In this document: positions 9,656 through 19,921 of the stretch, piece by piece | How the letters are laid out: each line of letters begins with the position of its first letter | Numbering within the stretch: position 1 is the first letter of the stretch | Sequence record: DRR378314_1653 | Length of the DNA stretch: 64,000 bases | Strand: one strand, 5' to 3' | Made by a program: the position numbers and the translations under genes | Notes under the pieces: generated by a model | The model's input: the letters and a program-made list of their open reading frames with translations, nothing else | Told to the model about the DNA's origin: nothing | Database searches by the model: none

Positions 9656-9868
9656 TCAGGCCCTGACGTCCACCATGCTGCCCACGTTCTCCGCCGGATT
9701 CGCTCCGGTCGTCGCGACGGCGGTTTCCGTAACGCCTTCCAGTAACTGAAGCGCGCCCTGTCCGGCCATATCGATGGACTGTTTCAACACAGCCACCTGC
9801 GCCTGTTCGCGCACATTCTGCTGGCTCATCTGGGTAGTGCTGGCCGCGAGCGATGCGACGTCAGACAT
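9656..9868 (-). CDS. YjfB-family small protein
   Basis: QVAVLKQSIDM...ALQLL...GSMVDVRA pattern; GGAGG RBS. Confidence 0.75.
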   Translation of the reverse strand: MSDVASLAASTTQMSQQNVREQAQVAVLKQSIDMAGQGALQLLEGVTETAVATTGANPAENVGSMVDVRA

Positions 9869-10145
9869 AGGGGCCTCCGACAGTCTGGTGATTATTTGAC
9901 CACCCTACCACATCGATTGGATGTTTCCAGCCACGCGTATCAGAACGTAACAAAACCACTGATCAAGGCGACACGGTTGACACCATCGTCACGACCACGG
10001 GGCAATTGGGTGGAAGGCGATTATGGGTAGATATCCTCATATCCCGCCCTGGGAAAAGAACCGATGATCGCGCGATTGACGGGTACCGGATCGGTGCCTA
10101 TGTTGTTTTAACCACCTGTTTGCCCTTTGGAGGGAAACCCTATCC

Positions 10146-11321
10146 ATGACTGAGTCTGCCAACGCCCTTATCGCTGATTACTATGACGCAGAGACCTTTG
10201 CCCGTATCAAAGCGTTTGCCGATACCAAGGACACGCCCTGTGTCATCATTGATACCGCGACCATCAACCGTCAGTACGATGATCTGGTGGAAGGTTTCCC
10301 CTATGCCAATGTCTACTATGCGGTAAAGGCCAACCCGGCCCCGCAGGTTCTGACCATGCTGCGGGACAAGGGTGCCAGCTTTGATATTGCGTCGGTGTAT
10401 GAACTCGACAAGGTCATGGGCCTGGGCGTGACCGGGGACCGGATCAGTTATGGCAACACCATCAAGAAGGCAAAGGACATCCGCACCTTCTATGAGAAGG
10501 GCGTGCGCCTGTATGCGACGGACTCTGAAGCGGACCTTCGCAACATTGCCAAGGCGGCTCCGGGCTCGAAGGTGTATGTGCGCATTCTGACCGAAGGCAC
10601 CCTGACTGCTGACTGGCCGTTGTCACGCAAGTTTGGCTGCCAGACCGACATGGCCATGGATTTGTTGATCCTGGCACGTGACTTGGGCCTGGTGCCTTAC
10701 GGCGTGTCCTTCCACGTGGGCTCCCAGCAACGGGAAATCGGCGCGTGGGACGCGGCCCTGGGCAAGGTGAAGGTAATCTTCGAGCGCCTGAAGGAAGAAG
10801 ATGGCATCGAACTGAAGATGATCAACATGGGTGGCGGCTTCCCGGCGAATTACATTACCCGCACCAACGATCTGAAAACCTATGCGGAAGAGATCAAGCG
10901 TTTCCTGGATGAAGATTTCGGTGATGATTTGCCGGAGATTATTATCGAGCCTGGTCGTTCATTGATTTCCAACGCGGGTATTCTGGTCAGTGAAGTGGTG
11001 CTGATTTCACGGAAGTCACGTACAGCATTGCACCGTTGGGTGTTCACCGATGTGGGTAAGTTCGGCGGTCTGATCGAAACCCTTGATGAATCCATCAAGT
11101 TCCCGATCTACACTGAGAAATCCGGTGAAGGGGAAGACTGTGTTATTGCGGGTCCAACCTGCGACAGCGCCGACATCATGTATGAACACCACAAGTACCC
11201 GCTGCCGCTGAATCTGGCGATTGGTGATCGCATGTATTGGCTGTCCACAGGTGCTTATACAACAACCTACAGTGCGATTGAGTTCAATGGGTTTCCTCCC
11301 TTGAAGGACTATTACATCTAA
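10146..11321 (+). CDS. Fold-type III PLP-dependent ornithine/lysine decarboxylase
   Basis: YAVKAN, SFHVGSQ, NMGGGF, EPGR, GPTCDS and GAYT motifs. Confidence 0.93.
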   Translation: MTESANALIADYYDAETFARIKAFADTKDTPCVIIDTATINRQYDDLVEGFPYANVYYAVKANPAPQVLTMLRDKGASFDIASVYELDKVMGLGVTGDRISYGNTIKKAKDIRTFYEKGVRLYATDSEADLRNIAKAAPGSKVYVRILTEGTLTADWPLSRKFGCQTDMAMDLLILARDLGLVPYGVSFHVGSQQREIGAWDAALGKVKVIFERLKEEDGIELKMINMGGGFPANYITRTNDLKTYAEEIKRFLDEDFGDDLPEIIIEPGRSLISNAGILVSEVVLISRKSRTALHRWVFTDVGKFGGLIETLDESIKFPIYTEKSGEGEDCVIAGPTCDSADIMYEHHKYPLPLNLAIGDRMYWLSTGAYTTTYSAIEFNGFPPLKDYYI

Positions 11322-11335
11322 GCCAGCGGTAAGGA

Positions 11336-11424
11336 CGTGGGGTGGGGGGTATGTTTTCCGCCAGAAATGGGTGTCTGAGCGAAGCGAGTTCCATTTCCAA
11401 GGAAAATATACCCCCCGCGCCGCG
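11336..11424 (-). repeat. Long hairpin repeat, copy 4 (inverted loop)
   Basis: GGGGGGTATGTTTTCC...GTGTCTGAGCGAAGCGAGTT...GGAAAATATACCCCCC. Confidence 0.9.
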
Positions 11425-11456
11425 GCCCGGTACAGCGCCGATCAATGGCACCAAAC

Positions 11457-11486
11457 AAAGGGTCAACCTTCGGGTTGGCCCTTTTG
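11457..11486. terminator. Probable bidirectional intrinsic terminator overlapping the MFS stop codon
   Basis: AAAGGGTCAACC-TTCG-GGTTGGCCCTTT hairpin between convergent genes. Confidence 0.65.
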
Positions 11487-12665
11487 TCGTTTCAGGTCCA
11501 GGGTAAAGGTCAGGGGAAGGACCAGAACGCAGTAGGCGATGATAAAGATGACGGCATATCGGGCATCGTTGCTCCAATCGGCTAATAAACCGCCGATCAT
11601 GGGAACCGAGAACGCCAGGGTGTAACCGACCAGAAAATTACCGGCCGACAGTCGGCCCGTTTCTCGTGAATCAACCAGTACCGGCGGCAGAGCCACCAGA
11701 AGTATCAGCAGAATACCGGCCGTGAAGCTCATAAACGTTGCGCTGGCTATGGACCACCAGCCGGTGAAGACGACCGTTCCCACTGTGCCCAGAATGCTGC
11801 AGGTTGCCATTACCATGATGGGTCCCTTGAGGCCGACCCAATACCTTGCCATTTTCAGCATGACCAGGGATGCGATCACCTGGGCGAAGTTGTACCAGAA
11901 TAAGGCGTCCGCCAGCATGTCGAAGTTACCCTGCTGCTCCAGGATATTGCCCATATAGGCGTTGAGGCCGAAGAACAGGGATCCGGATAGGCCCAGTAGC
12001 AGGCCGATTCTCAGGGTAAGCGGGTTCTTCCAGTCAGGGAGCCAGGCCGGTTTTTTCACCGGCCGCGCCATTTCTCTTCGTGGCAGGAACAGAGCGGCGG
12101 CGACCAGCAGCGCGGGCAGAGACCAGGCCAGCAGCGTGGCGCGCCAGCTGTCGTCCATCAGTGGCATCAGTACCGGAAGGGTGATGCCGGCGCCGATGAA
12201 TTCGCCCATCAGCATGCCGTTCATGTAGATGGCGGAGCCGATGGCCAAGTGTTTGGGTTCGAGCCATCGGGGCAGCAATGCTGGCAGGGAGGGCTGCATC
12301 ATGGCCACGCCAAGGCCCATGACAGCGCTGGCGAGCATCAGTGTGACGGTGTCCGGAGAGAGGCCGCGGCCTGCGGAGCCCATCACCATGATGACCATGG
12401 CCAGTGCCAGGGTGTTTCTTGGTCCCAGCCGTGCGATGGCCAGGGAGCCAGGCATGGAGCCGATGGCCAGCATCAGGATGGGCAAGGTGGTGAGCGCGCC
12501 GGTCAGAGCCTGTGACAGGCCGAGTTCGTCGCTGATGAACGGTGCCAGGGGCGGTGCCACCAACACCGGTATGCGCAGGTAAACACCGGCCAGCCAAAGC
12601 AACACCGCCACCGGGAGCAGTCTGGCTGCCGGTGGCGGTGTTGAAGGGACGGAACGTTCACCCAC
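11463..12665 (-). CDS. MFS transporter (CynX/cyanate-permease-like)
   Basis: LRIPVLVAPPLAP...GALTTLP; about 12 TM helices. Confidence 0.85.
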   Translation of the reverse strand: MGERSVPSTPPPAARLLPVAVLLWLAGVYLRIPVLVAPPLAPFISDELGLSQALTGALTTLPILMLAIGSMPGSLAIARLGPRNTLALAMVIMVMGSAGRGLSPDTVTLMLASAVMGLGVAMMQPSLPALLPRWLEPKHLAIGSAIYMNGMLMGEFIGAGITLPVLMPLMDDSWRATLLAWSLPALLVAAALFLPRREMARPVKKPAWLPDWKNPLTLRIGLLLGLSGSLFFGLNAYMGNILEQQGNFDMLADALFWYNFAQVIASLVMLKMARYWVGLKGPIMVMATCSILGTVGTVVFTGWWSIASATFMSFTAGILLILLVALPPVLVDSRETGRLSAGNFLVGYTLAFSVPMIGGLLADWSNDARYAVIFIIAYCVLVLPLTFTLDLKRQKGQPEG

Positions 12666-12676
12666 TATGGCAGAAC

Positions 12677-13072
12677 TTAAACGTCGCTGGTGTCCAGGGT
12701 GTAGGCGCCATCCTCATCATGGACTTCGCGGCCGGTGACCGGGGGGTTGAAGGCACAGATCAAGCGCATATCTTCGGTACCACCACGCAGGGTATGCGGG
12801 TCATTCTTATCCAGCGCATACAGGGTGCCGTCAGAAATCTGATGGGTTTCGCCCGTTTCCTTGTCAAGGATAGTGCCGTTGCCGGCAACGCAGTACACCG
12901 CTTCCAGGTGGTTTTTATACCAGAGGTTCAGCTCGGCCCCAGCAGGGATAATGGTCTCGTGGAACGAAAAGCCCATGCCATCTTTTTTAAGGAGCATGCG
13001 GCGACTGGTCCAGCCCGGCCCAGTGACCTCGCGTTCGGTACCGATGATGTCCTCAACTCGTACAATTTTCAT
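12677..13072 (-). CDS. ectC: Ectoine synthase (solitary EctC)
   Basis: [31 protein letters not shown] and [19 protein letters not shown] motifs. Confidence 0.95.
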   Translation of the reverse strand: MKIVRVEDIIGTEREVTGPGWTSRRMLLKKDGMGFSFHETIIPAGAELNLWYKNHLEAVYCVAGNGTILDKETGETHQISDGTLYALDKNDPHTLRGGTEDMRLICAFNPPVTGREVHDEDGAYTLDTSDV

Positions 13073-13122
13073 ACTTATCCCTCGCTGTGTGATGGAGCAG
13101 CCTTACAGTATAAACATCCGCC

Positions 13123-14550
13123 TCAGGTTCGATTCAACCGCCAATCGTCATAGGCGTCCATGGATTGCTCGATGGCGACGGTGAAGGCCACCCTCATTTT
13201 GTCGTCCAGGGCGCGCTTTTTCCGGCACCGTTCAAAAGCCTGATGAATGGCCCGGCGTTGACTGCGGTCAAGCTGCTCCAGCCAGTGGTCATCCGCAGGT
13301 TCAAGATCCAGCAGTTCCCGGCCGGCATGGTTTCGGCGGCTGATATGCCACCAGTGATTAACGGCCCTTCCCAATACAACATAGCCGAACTGGCTGTCTT
13401 GTACAGGTCCGAACGTGGCGGTCCGGAGCCCGTTTTTCAGGACACCGGTGTTGAGTACCGGCAGTGCCAGGCGGTCGCCGTAGAAGTAACTGCCAGCGGC
13501 GCCGATCAGCCCGCCCACCAGGGCGCCGGCACCGAGTGAATGTCCAAGGGTCAACGCATCCACTCCGGCGCCGCTGACGGCACCGGCTCCAAAGCCGGCA
13601 GTGGCCAGGTAGCGGCGATTGACTCCCCAGGCTTTGTGGCTGTCTTCGCTGAACAGGTCGTGTTCGCTGTGCCATTCCAGTTCCGCTTCCTGCCGCTGCA
13701 CGCGGTGATGTTCGTAGAGCTTTTCAATGGCAATTCGAAGGTGTTGCTCCCGCTTTCTCTGATTTTCATACCAACTTTTACGGAGCTGTTCGGCCAGGTT
13801 CTGGTCAGAGATTTCGCTGGTCTGGAGCGTGGTGAGCGTCCGCTTTTCTCGGAAGGACATCATGTCTTCCAGGCTGCGGGCGATGAGAGCTGCCGCCTGG
13901 GTGCGGCGTTGTCGTCTCTGCTCCGCAAGAAACGCGGTCGCTTTCTCCAGCGGCTGCTCCCAATCCGGCTCAAGTTGACCAAAGGCCCTCAGCAGGCTGA
14001 TGTGTTGCTCAAAGGGCGCACGAACGGCGTCGAAGGTTCGGACAACCTGGAAGAACTGGCCGAGCGCCCGGGCCCAGGTGTCGCTGTAGTCGTCGTCACC
14101 AATGCTGTTGATCAGTGCCAGGCTGGGCCGGCCGGTCCAGCGCAGGATGGTCATCTCTGCTTCATGCTGGGCGTTGTAGGGCACTGAACCGTCAACGACG
14201 TAGATAATGCCGGCACCTTCGGTCAGCGGTTGCAAGAGTTCGCATTCGTCGTTAAAGCCTTGGTCCTCACGGTGCTGGGTCACGAAGGCATGGACGGTTT
14301 CCGCGCGATCAGAGGCGGAAACGCTGTGGGCTTCGAGCCATTCCAGAACCCGACGCGGGCGTTGAAACCCGGGTGTGTCCACCAGTGTGTACAGCGTCTT
14401 GCCGTCCACCGCCAAGGGGTAGGCCTGGTGCTTGCGGGTGGTTCCCGGCTCCAATGCGATAGCGATGGCGTCGTTCTGCGATAAGGTGGCCACAATGCTG
14501 GATTTTCCCTTGTTGGGGTGACCGACCACGGCAAACACGGGGGCTGTCAT
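13123..14550 (-). CDS. GTPase / DUF3482 domain protein
   Basis: G1 GHPNKGKSS, G2 PGTT and G3 DTPG; Gly-rich hydrophobic hairpin in the C-terminal half. Confidence 0.85.
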   Translation of the reverse strand: MTAPVFAVVGHPNKGKSSIVATLSQNDAIAIALEPGTTRKHQAYPLAVDGKTLYTLVDTPGFQRPRRVLEWLEAHSVSASDRAETVHAFVTQHREDQGFNDECELLQPLTEGAGIIYVVDGSVPYNAQHEAEMTILRWTGRPSLALINSIGDDDYSDTWARALGQFFQVVRTFDAVRAPFEQHISLLRAFGQLEPDWEQPLEKATAFLAEQRRQRRTQAAALIARSLEDMMSFREKRTLTTLQTSEISDQNLAEQLRKSWYENQRKREQHLRIAIEKLYEHHRVQRQEAELEWHSEHDLFSEDSHKAWGVNRRYLATAGFGAGAVSGAGVDALTLGHSLGAGALVGGLIGAAGSYFYGDRLALPVLNTGVLKNGLRTATFGPVQDSQFGYVVLGRAVNHWWHISRRNHAGRELLDLEPADDHWLEQLDRSQRRAIHQAFERCRKKRALDDKMRVAFTVAIEQSMDAYDDWRLNRT

Positions 14551-15956
14551 TGTGGGTACTCGTCCTGTAGAGCGCGATGCATACGGGTGTCCGGAGGCGT
14601 TGTGGTCGGTGTGCTGACTACGATCCTCTCATCCTCAGTCCTCTCGGCAAAGCGCAGCCACTGGCTTAGCTGGTGGTCGGGCGGCGACTGGTCCGGCTGC
14701 GGTGCTAATGGCACCAGCGCGATCACCGTGTGCGTTGGCCAGACCTGGCGTGCCTGTTGGATGAAATCCAGGAGCTCGCCGGTGGGCGGCTCCCAGCTGC
14801 GGGTAACCAGGAGGACCGCTGGAGTAAGAGCACTGGCCAGTGCGTGGCTAACGAGATGGAGTATGTTGTCGTCGTGTTCAAGCGAGGCGCCGCCACCCGC
14901 ATCGAGCACCGTCCGATGACCGGCACTGAGTGCTTCTGGCAATTCTGGCATGCCCGCGCCTGCCCACCGGATGACGGCCTGGACATCAGGTAGGGGCTGC
15001 AGCTTGGCGGAGGTGGATACGTCCGGCTGGTCGGCGGCGTCGTTGTGGCGATTGCCGGTATCCACGGTGGGTGTTTCCATGCGGTACTGGAGCGCGATCA
15101 GGCCGTGATGGGTGGCCAGCGCCCTGCGGGCACGAAGTCCGGGATGGACGATTGCCAGGCCCAGCAGCGCCAATCGTGGAAGGATAACGTAGGTCGCCCA
15201 GGTCATCGCTACGAACGGCCACCAGCTGCCCCACAGGACAGGATCGGTGTTGTCGGTGGTTTGGCCACGGAAGAACCGGGTGGCGTCCACCAGGTCGCGG
15301 TCCGGCATGGCCGCTGGCCACAGGTGCTGCCAGGGCGTTGCGATCGTGGCCAGCAGTCGGTAATAACTGTCGGTGCCTGTGGTCAGTGTTGTACTCCAGC
15401 CAAAGGCAAGATCCTGGATCACGACCAGGACCAGCAGCGTCATCAATCCAGCGACACCAAACACCAGCCCACCGGTATGAGCAGCGCGGGCCATTAACAG
15501 CGGCTGGAGGCTTCGAAGGGCATCGGAGGGGGGTGTGGCTGCAAACTTCCTCAGCAACCAGCGCCAGGGTTGCCAGCCGGCGATGGCCTGGACAGTGGTT
15601 GCCACCGCGAGGATACACTGGAGCAGCACGAACGCCAGAATCACCGTCAGGTTGATCCGTTGGCCGCCGTCGTAGAACAACAATCCCGCCATGGCCAGCA
15701 CTCCGGTCACGAACCCGGCCGCGGCGAACGCCGTGGTTAGCTTCCGCCAGGGTTTTAAGGAGTCGTCGGTGTCAACACGCCCGGACAGACGGCGAACATG
15801 CTCCATCCACCGTTCGGGCCCCGGATGGATACCGGCGCTGTGGCAGTCCAGGGCGAAACGACGATCCCGCCGGTGCAGGAACGCTGGGCTCTGATCGCGG
15901 TCGCGCTGAACCTGATTGTCGAACTCCAGTAATCGTCGAATGGCGCTGTCTGGCAT
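14547..15956 (-). CDS. DUF2868 domain membrane protein
   Basis: QDLAFGWSTTL, WWPF...YVILPRL and WEPPTGEL motifs; 4-nt overlap with the GTPase gene. Confidence 0.8.
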   Translation of the reverse strand: MPDSAIRRLLEFDNQVQRDRDQSPAFLHRRDRRFALDCHSAGIHPGPERWMEHVRRLSGRVDTDDSLKPWRKLTTAFAAAGFVTGVLAMAGLLFYDGGQRINLTVILAFVLLQCILAVATTVQAIAGWQPWRWLLRKFAATPPSDALRSLQPLLMARAAHTGGLVFGVAGLMTLLVLVVIQDLAFGWSTTLTTGTDSYYRLLATIATPWQHLWPAAMPDRDLVDATRFFRGQTTDNTDPVLWGSWWPFVAMTWATYVILPRLALLGLAIVHPGLRARRALATHHGLIALQYRMETPTVDTGNRHNDAADQPDVSTSAKLQPLPDVQAVIRWAGAGMPELPEALSAGHRTVLDAGGGASLEHDDNILHLVSHALASALTPAVLLVTRSWEPPTGELLDFIQQARQVWPTHTVIALVPLAPQPDQSPPDHQLSQWLRFAERTEDERIVVSTPTTTPPDTRMHRALQDEYPQ

Positions 15957-16039
15957 TGATTATCCTGATGAACTGGGCGGTGTGAGCCGCTCCGGAATGC
16001 TAGGATAAGGGTATCCCATAACCCGGTGCCAGACATACC

Positions 16040-16399
16040 ATGACCAACCACCTCATGAACCTGCGTCACGTTCCCGACGACGAAGCGGATGAAATACGCG
16101 AGCTGTTCGAGGCCCATAACGTGCCTTACTACGAGACGCCGCCCAGTCGCTGGGGGATCAGCATGGGTGGCTTCTGGGTTCACGACGACGAAGAGGCCGG
16201 GCGGGCCCGGGAACTGCTGCAGGACTACCAGCGGGAGCGTTTACAACGTCAGCGCCAAGCCTACGAGCAGGATGTGGCGGCGGGTCGAGTCGGCGGCTTC
16301 TGGCACCGGCTTCGTCGCAAGCCGGTCACCACCCTGGCGGCCTGCCTCGCGATTGCTGTCATCCTGGCATTGACCGTTGCTCCTTTCGTCAGCCTCTAG
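16040..16399 (+). CDS. Conserved small membrane protein (DUF6164-like)
   Basis: LRHVPDDEADEIRELF...YETPPSRWGIS; C-terminal TM helix. Confidence 0.75.
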   Translation: MTNHLMNLRHVPDDEADEIRELFEAHNVPYYETPPSRWGISMGGFWVHDDEEAGRARELLQDYQRERLQRQRQAYEQDVAAGRVGGFWHRLRRKPVTTLAACLAIAVILALTVAPFVSL

Positions 16400-16426
16400 C
16401 CCCAGCCAGCAGACCGGTTATTGCGC

Positions 16427-17305
16427 TCAGCCGTCGCTGTGCCTGAGCAGAAAGTCCGTGGCTTTCTCAACCGCATTGCCTGCGGTCAGGAAGCTGGTGA
16501 TATGTCCCCGCAGGTACATCAGGTAAAGCTCACTCTCCACCCCATGTTCCGAAAGCTCGGCACGGAACGCCTTCGCCTGGCTGGCGGGTACCAGCATGTC
16601 CTGGGCGCCGTGGAACAGGAAGAACGGCGGCGCGGCGGCGGTGATATGAGTAATGGGTGACGCCGCCTCGTAAACTCCGGGAATCTCCGGTTGCTCGCCG
16701 CCCAGGAACTGTCGTATCAGCTCGCCTGAGCCAAAGGCCCGGAGATCACTCGGTAGTCCACCGGCAACGACGGCCGCGGGCCTGGCGTTATCGCCACCGT
16801 AGGGCTGGTTCAATGGGTGCCGGGTGTCGGCCACCAGTGCCATCAGGCTGACAAGGTGGGCGCCAGAGGAAAACCCGAAGGCGCTGACAGCGTTCCGGTT
16901 CAGCTGATGGGTATCGGCCTGGTTATGGAGCCAGTTCATGGCCAGTTGCAGATCATACAGCTGGGCGGGAAAGGTATAGTCCGGCGCAAACCGGTAGTCG
17001 ATGTTCATCACCGCGAAACCGCAACTGGCAAGGTGCTCGGCAATCCACGCCATATCGTCCCTGGAGCGCCTTTCCCAGCCGCCGCCGTGAACCAGAAGCA
17101 CGGCCGGTGAGGGATGGTTGCTCTCAGGCAGGTAGAGATCCGCACGCAGGGGTTCCGGCCAGTTGTCCGGTGAAAAAACAATGTCGGCTTCCACGCGGAA
17201 GTTTGTCTCGGGTACGTGTGCCGGCTGAGCCGGGGCGTTCTGGTGTGATGCACAGGCACTCAGTGCGGCAGTAGCAACCAGTGCCAGCAAGCAATTGGGT
17301 TTCAT
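16427..17305 (-). CDS. Alpha/beta hydrolase (HSL-type esterase), probable lipoprotein
   Basis: HGGGW, GFSSG nucleophile and HGAQD motifs; lipobox LSAC. Confidence 0.88.
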   Translation of the reverse strand: MKPNCLLALVATAALSACASHQNAPAQPAHVPETNFRVEADIVFSPDNWPEPLRADLYLPESNHPSPAVLLVHGGGWERRSRDDMAWIAEHLASCGFAVMNIDYRFAPDYTFPAQLYDLQLAMNWLHNQADTHQLNRNAVSAFGFSSGAHLVSLMALVADTRHPLNQPYGGDNARPAAVVAGGLPSDLRAFGSGELIRQFLGGEQPEIPGVYEAASPITHITAAAPPFFLFHGAQDMLVPASQAKAFRAELSEHGVESELYLMYLRGHITSFLTAGNAVEKATDFLLRHSDG

Positions 17306-17385
17306 TCGGACTCCGTTGATTCGGCCGGTTAGAGGAGTGATACGTCCCAACCCGGGCTGCGGATGCTCCTCAATTCTGGCGGTGG

Positions 17386-17493
17386 TGTCCTACAATCCGG
17401 ACGGCGTCCTGATTTCAGGACAGCCCCTTGGGTGCGCTTATGGCAGGTGTTGGCGCCTGCCTCCGTGGCTCGGACTGTCCGGAAATCCGGAAA
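17386..17493. promoter_or_regulatory. Three 18-bp palindromic sites (putative enhancer-binding-protein UAS)
   Basis: TGTCCTACAATCCGGACG 17386-17403; CGTCCTGATTTCAGGACA 17405-17422; TGTCCGGAAATCCGGAAA 17476-17493. Confidence 0.75.
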
Positions 17494-17535
17494 ACGCCCA
17501 TGATATCCATGGAGGTGGCCTGGGAAGAGCTTTTA

Positions 17536-17548
17536 AATCAACATCTTA
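17536..17548 (+). promoter_or_regulatory. IHF binding site
   Basis: AATCAACATCTTA is a perfect match to WATCAAN4TTR and lies between the UAS and the sigma-54 promoter. Confidence 0.7.
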
Positions 17549-17554
17549 TTTTTT

Positions 17555-17570
17555 TGGCACAGGATACGCA
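17555..17570 (+). promoter_or_regulatory. Sigma-54 (-24/-12) promoter
   Basis: TGGCACAGGATACGCA, i.e. GG-N10-GC. Confidence 0.8.
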
Positions 17571-17662
17571 TGGGCCCGATGGTGGTGCCCGGTGCAAGTG
17601 TCATGGGCCGGGTTCCCTTTCATACAAAAACAACTGCCCAACAACAATAACAGGGAACGACT

Positions 17663-19774
17663 ATGAAAACGTTACTCCAATGCGCCTTGATTGGCGCGGT
17701 GGCAATGACCGGCACCGCGTGTAAAGACAGCAGTAAGACACCTTTTAACCAGCTCCCCGGATTTGTCCAGGGCGACGTCTTTTCCACCCAGTACGACGGT
17801 GTCACCAACGACCTGCTCACCGCCGGTCTGGGTGCCAGCGGCCTGGCCAGTGCAACGCCACCGGCCTTCGATGATCCCGTCAATCCCACCCCTGAAGAGC
17901 TCCGTACGCTGGCCATTTACAACAATTACCGTGCTTTGGTGGATACAGCGCCCGGCGGCGGCTACGGCGAGTTTTTCGGTCCTCAGGTGAATGCCAGCGG
18001 CGAAGGCCTGATTGCGGGCGACGAGTACCTGGCTTACATGACCGTTCCCGGCACCGATGTGCCCGCCTCCGTTATGGTGCAGGTGCCAGACAGTTTTGAT
18101 CCCAAGCAGTCCTGCATGGTCACGGCGCCGTCATCCGGCTCCCGGGGCATCTACGGTGCCATTGGTACCGCCGGAGAGTGGGGGCTGAAGAAAGGGTGCG
18201 CGGTGGTCTACACCGACAAGGGCACGGGCACCGGTTCCCACAACCTTGCTACCAATGCCGCCCAGCGTATCGATGGCACGCTTACCCAGGCCGATGAGCC
18301 GGTGCAGTTCCGGGCCGATCTGGACCCGCAGGCGCGGGCCGATTTCAACGCTAACTGGCCTGATCGTTTTGCCTACAAACACGCTCACTCCAAAGCCAAT
18401 CCAGAAGCTGACTGGGGCCGGCATGTGCTTCAGTCGATCGAGTTCGGTTTCTATGTGCTGAACGAGAAGTTCGGGCAGGAAACCGGCAATGGCCGCAAAG
18501 TCATCAAGGTGAAGCCGAAGAACACCGTGGTGATTGCTTCCAGCGTCTCCAACGGCGGCGGTGCCTCGGTCCGCGCTGCTGAAATGGATGATCGTGGCCT
18601 GATTGATGGCGTCGCGGTATCGGAACCCAACGTTAATCCAGAGGTGGATACCAGCTTTACCATTCAACAGGGTAACGGCCCAGCGCTTGCCGAACACAGC
18701 CGCAGTCTGCTGGATTACACCACGGCGCTTGCGGTGTACCAGGGCTGCGCAAATATTGCGCCTGCCGTGCGCGACGTTGCGCCCCTGAACGCCACGTTCA
18801 ACAACTTCACCGTCGCCGAAAATATCTGTAACTCCCTGGCCAACAAAGGCCTGGTGACCGGTGCTACCACGGATGACCGCGCAACCGATGCGCTGCGCAT
18901 CCTGGAAGAAGACGTGGGTATCCAGCCTGAGCAGAACCTGCTGGCACCGGTTCATTTCGGGCTGGCGGTGGCCCAGAGCATTTCCATGACTTACGCCAAC
19001 GCCTACGGTGAGGCCGGTGTTGAGGACAGAGTGTGCGATATCAGTCTGGCAGCCACCGGCGCCGCGGGTGCGGTCACACCGATCACGGCCGCGCCGGAGG
19101 CGGCATTGTTCTCCGCAAGCAATGGTATCCCCCCAAGCGCCGGTGTGAACCTGGTGTATGACGCGGCCGAAGGACAGCCCACCAACCTCGCTGCCAGCGC
19201 ATCGCCGAGTACCAGCCAACTGGACTATGGCCTGGATGCACTGCTGTGCCTGAGAAGCCTTGCCAAGGGTGTCGACGTGGTGACCGGAACGCCGCTGGCG
19301 GGTGACGCTGCGGACCTGTCGGCGCGTATTGCTGGCGGTATTGAACAGGTTCGTGCGTCGGGCAACCTGCGGGGCAAGCCAGCGGTCTTCGTGACCGGCC
19401 GTGCCGATGCCATCCTGCCGATCAACCACACCTCCCGCCCGTACTTTGGCCTGAACCAGCGGGTTGAAGGCAGTGGTAGCGAGTTGCGGTACTACGAAAT
19501 CCTCAACGCCCACCACCTGGATGTCCTTAATGGATTCCCGGGTATTGCGGACCGCTACGTGCCGCTGCATCACTACTACTTCCAGGCCCTCGACCTGGTG
19601 TGGGAAAACCTCACCGACAAGCAGGCCCTACCACCGAGCCAGGTCGTCAGGACCGTTCCGCGCGGCAACATCGCCACGCCACTGTCTGCAGCCAACCTGA
19701 CCCCGATCGCCGCCAATCCCGACGCCGGGGACCGCATCGTGTTCAGTGATGATCAGGTGCAGATTCCGGACTGA
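17663..19774 (+). CDS. D-(-)-3-hydroxybutyrate oligomer hydrolase (probable lipoprotein)
   Basis: [30 protein letters not shown]-like, SVSNGG and NHTSRPY motifs; signal peptide ending in TAC. Confidence 0.9.
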   Translation: MKTLLQCALIGAVAMTGTACKDSSKTPFNQLPGFVQGDVFSTQYDGVTNDLLTAGLGASGLASATPPAFDDPVNPTPEELRTLAIYNNYRALVDTAPGGGYGEFFGPQVNASGEGLIAGDEYLAYMTVPGTDVPASVMVQVPDSFDPKQSCMVTAPSSGSRGIYGAIGTAGEWGLKKGCAVVYTDKGTGTGSHNLATNAAQRIDGTLTQADEPVQFRADLDPQARADFNANWPDRFAYKHAHSKANPEADWGRHVLQSIEFGFYVLNEKFGQETGNGRKVIKVKPKNTVVIASSVSNGGGASVRAAEMDDRGLIDGVAVSEPNVNPEVDTSFTIQQGNGPALAEHSRSLLDYTTALAVYQGCANIAPAVRDVAPLNATFNNFTVAENICNSLANKGLVTGATTDDRATDALRILEEDVGIQPEQNLLAPVHFGLAVAQSISMTYANAYGEAGVEDRVCDISLAATGAAGAVTPITAAPEAALFSASNGIPPSAGVNLVYDAAEGQPTNLAASASPSTSQLDYGLDALLCLRSLAKGVDVVTGTPLAGDAADLSARIAGGIEQVRASGNLRGKPAVFVTGRADAILPINHTSRPYFGLNQRVEGSGSELRYYEILNAHHLDVLNGFPGIADRYVPLHHYYFQALDLVWENLTDKQALPPSQVVRTVPRGNIATPLSAANLTPIAANPDAGDRIVFSDDQVQIPD

Positions 19775-19921
19775 CGTGCTGACCAGCCGGCCCGGCCCGA
19801 TTCCTGGCCGGCATTGTTTGCCCCCGTTCCGGGGGCGCCATATACTTCCGTCACTGCACCCGGTTCGCCGGGTGCCATGGGTATTGCCATGAACAACTTC
19901 CAACCCGGTGGTACAGGGTAC

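Noticed and set aside
5750-11424. Hairpin repeats read as a CRISPR array or as short repeated proteins (GNGTRFAQTPIPGGK ORFs)
   Set aside because: Copies are dispersed and inverted with no regular spacers and no cas genes; the short ORFs are by-products of the repeat
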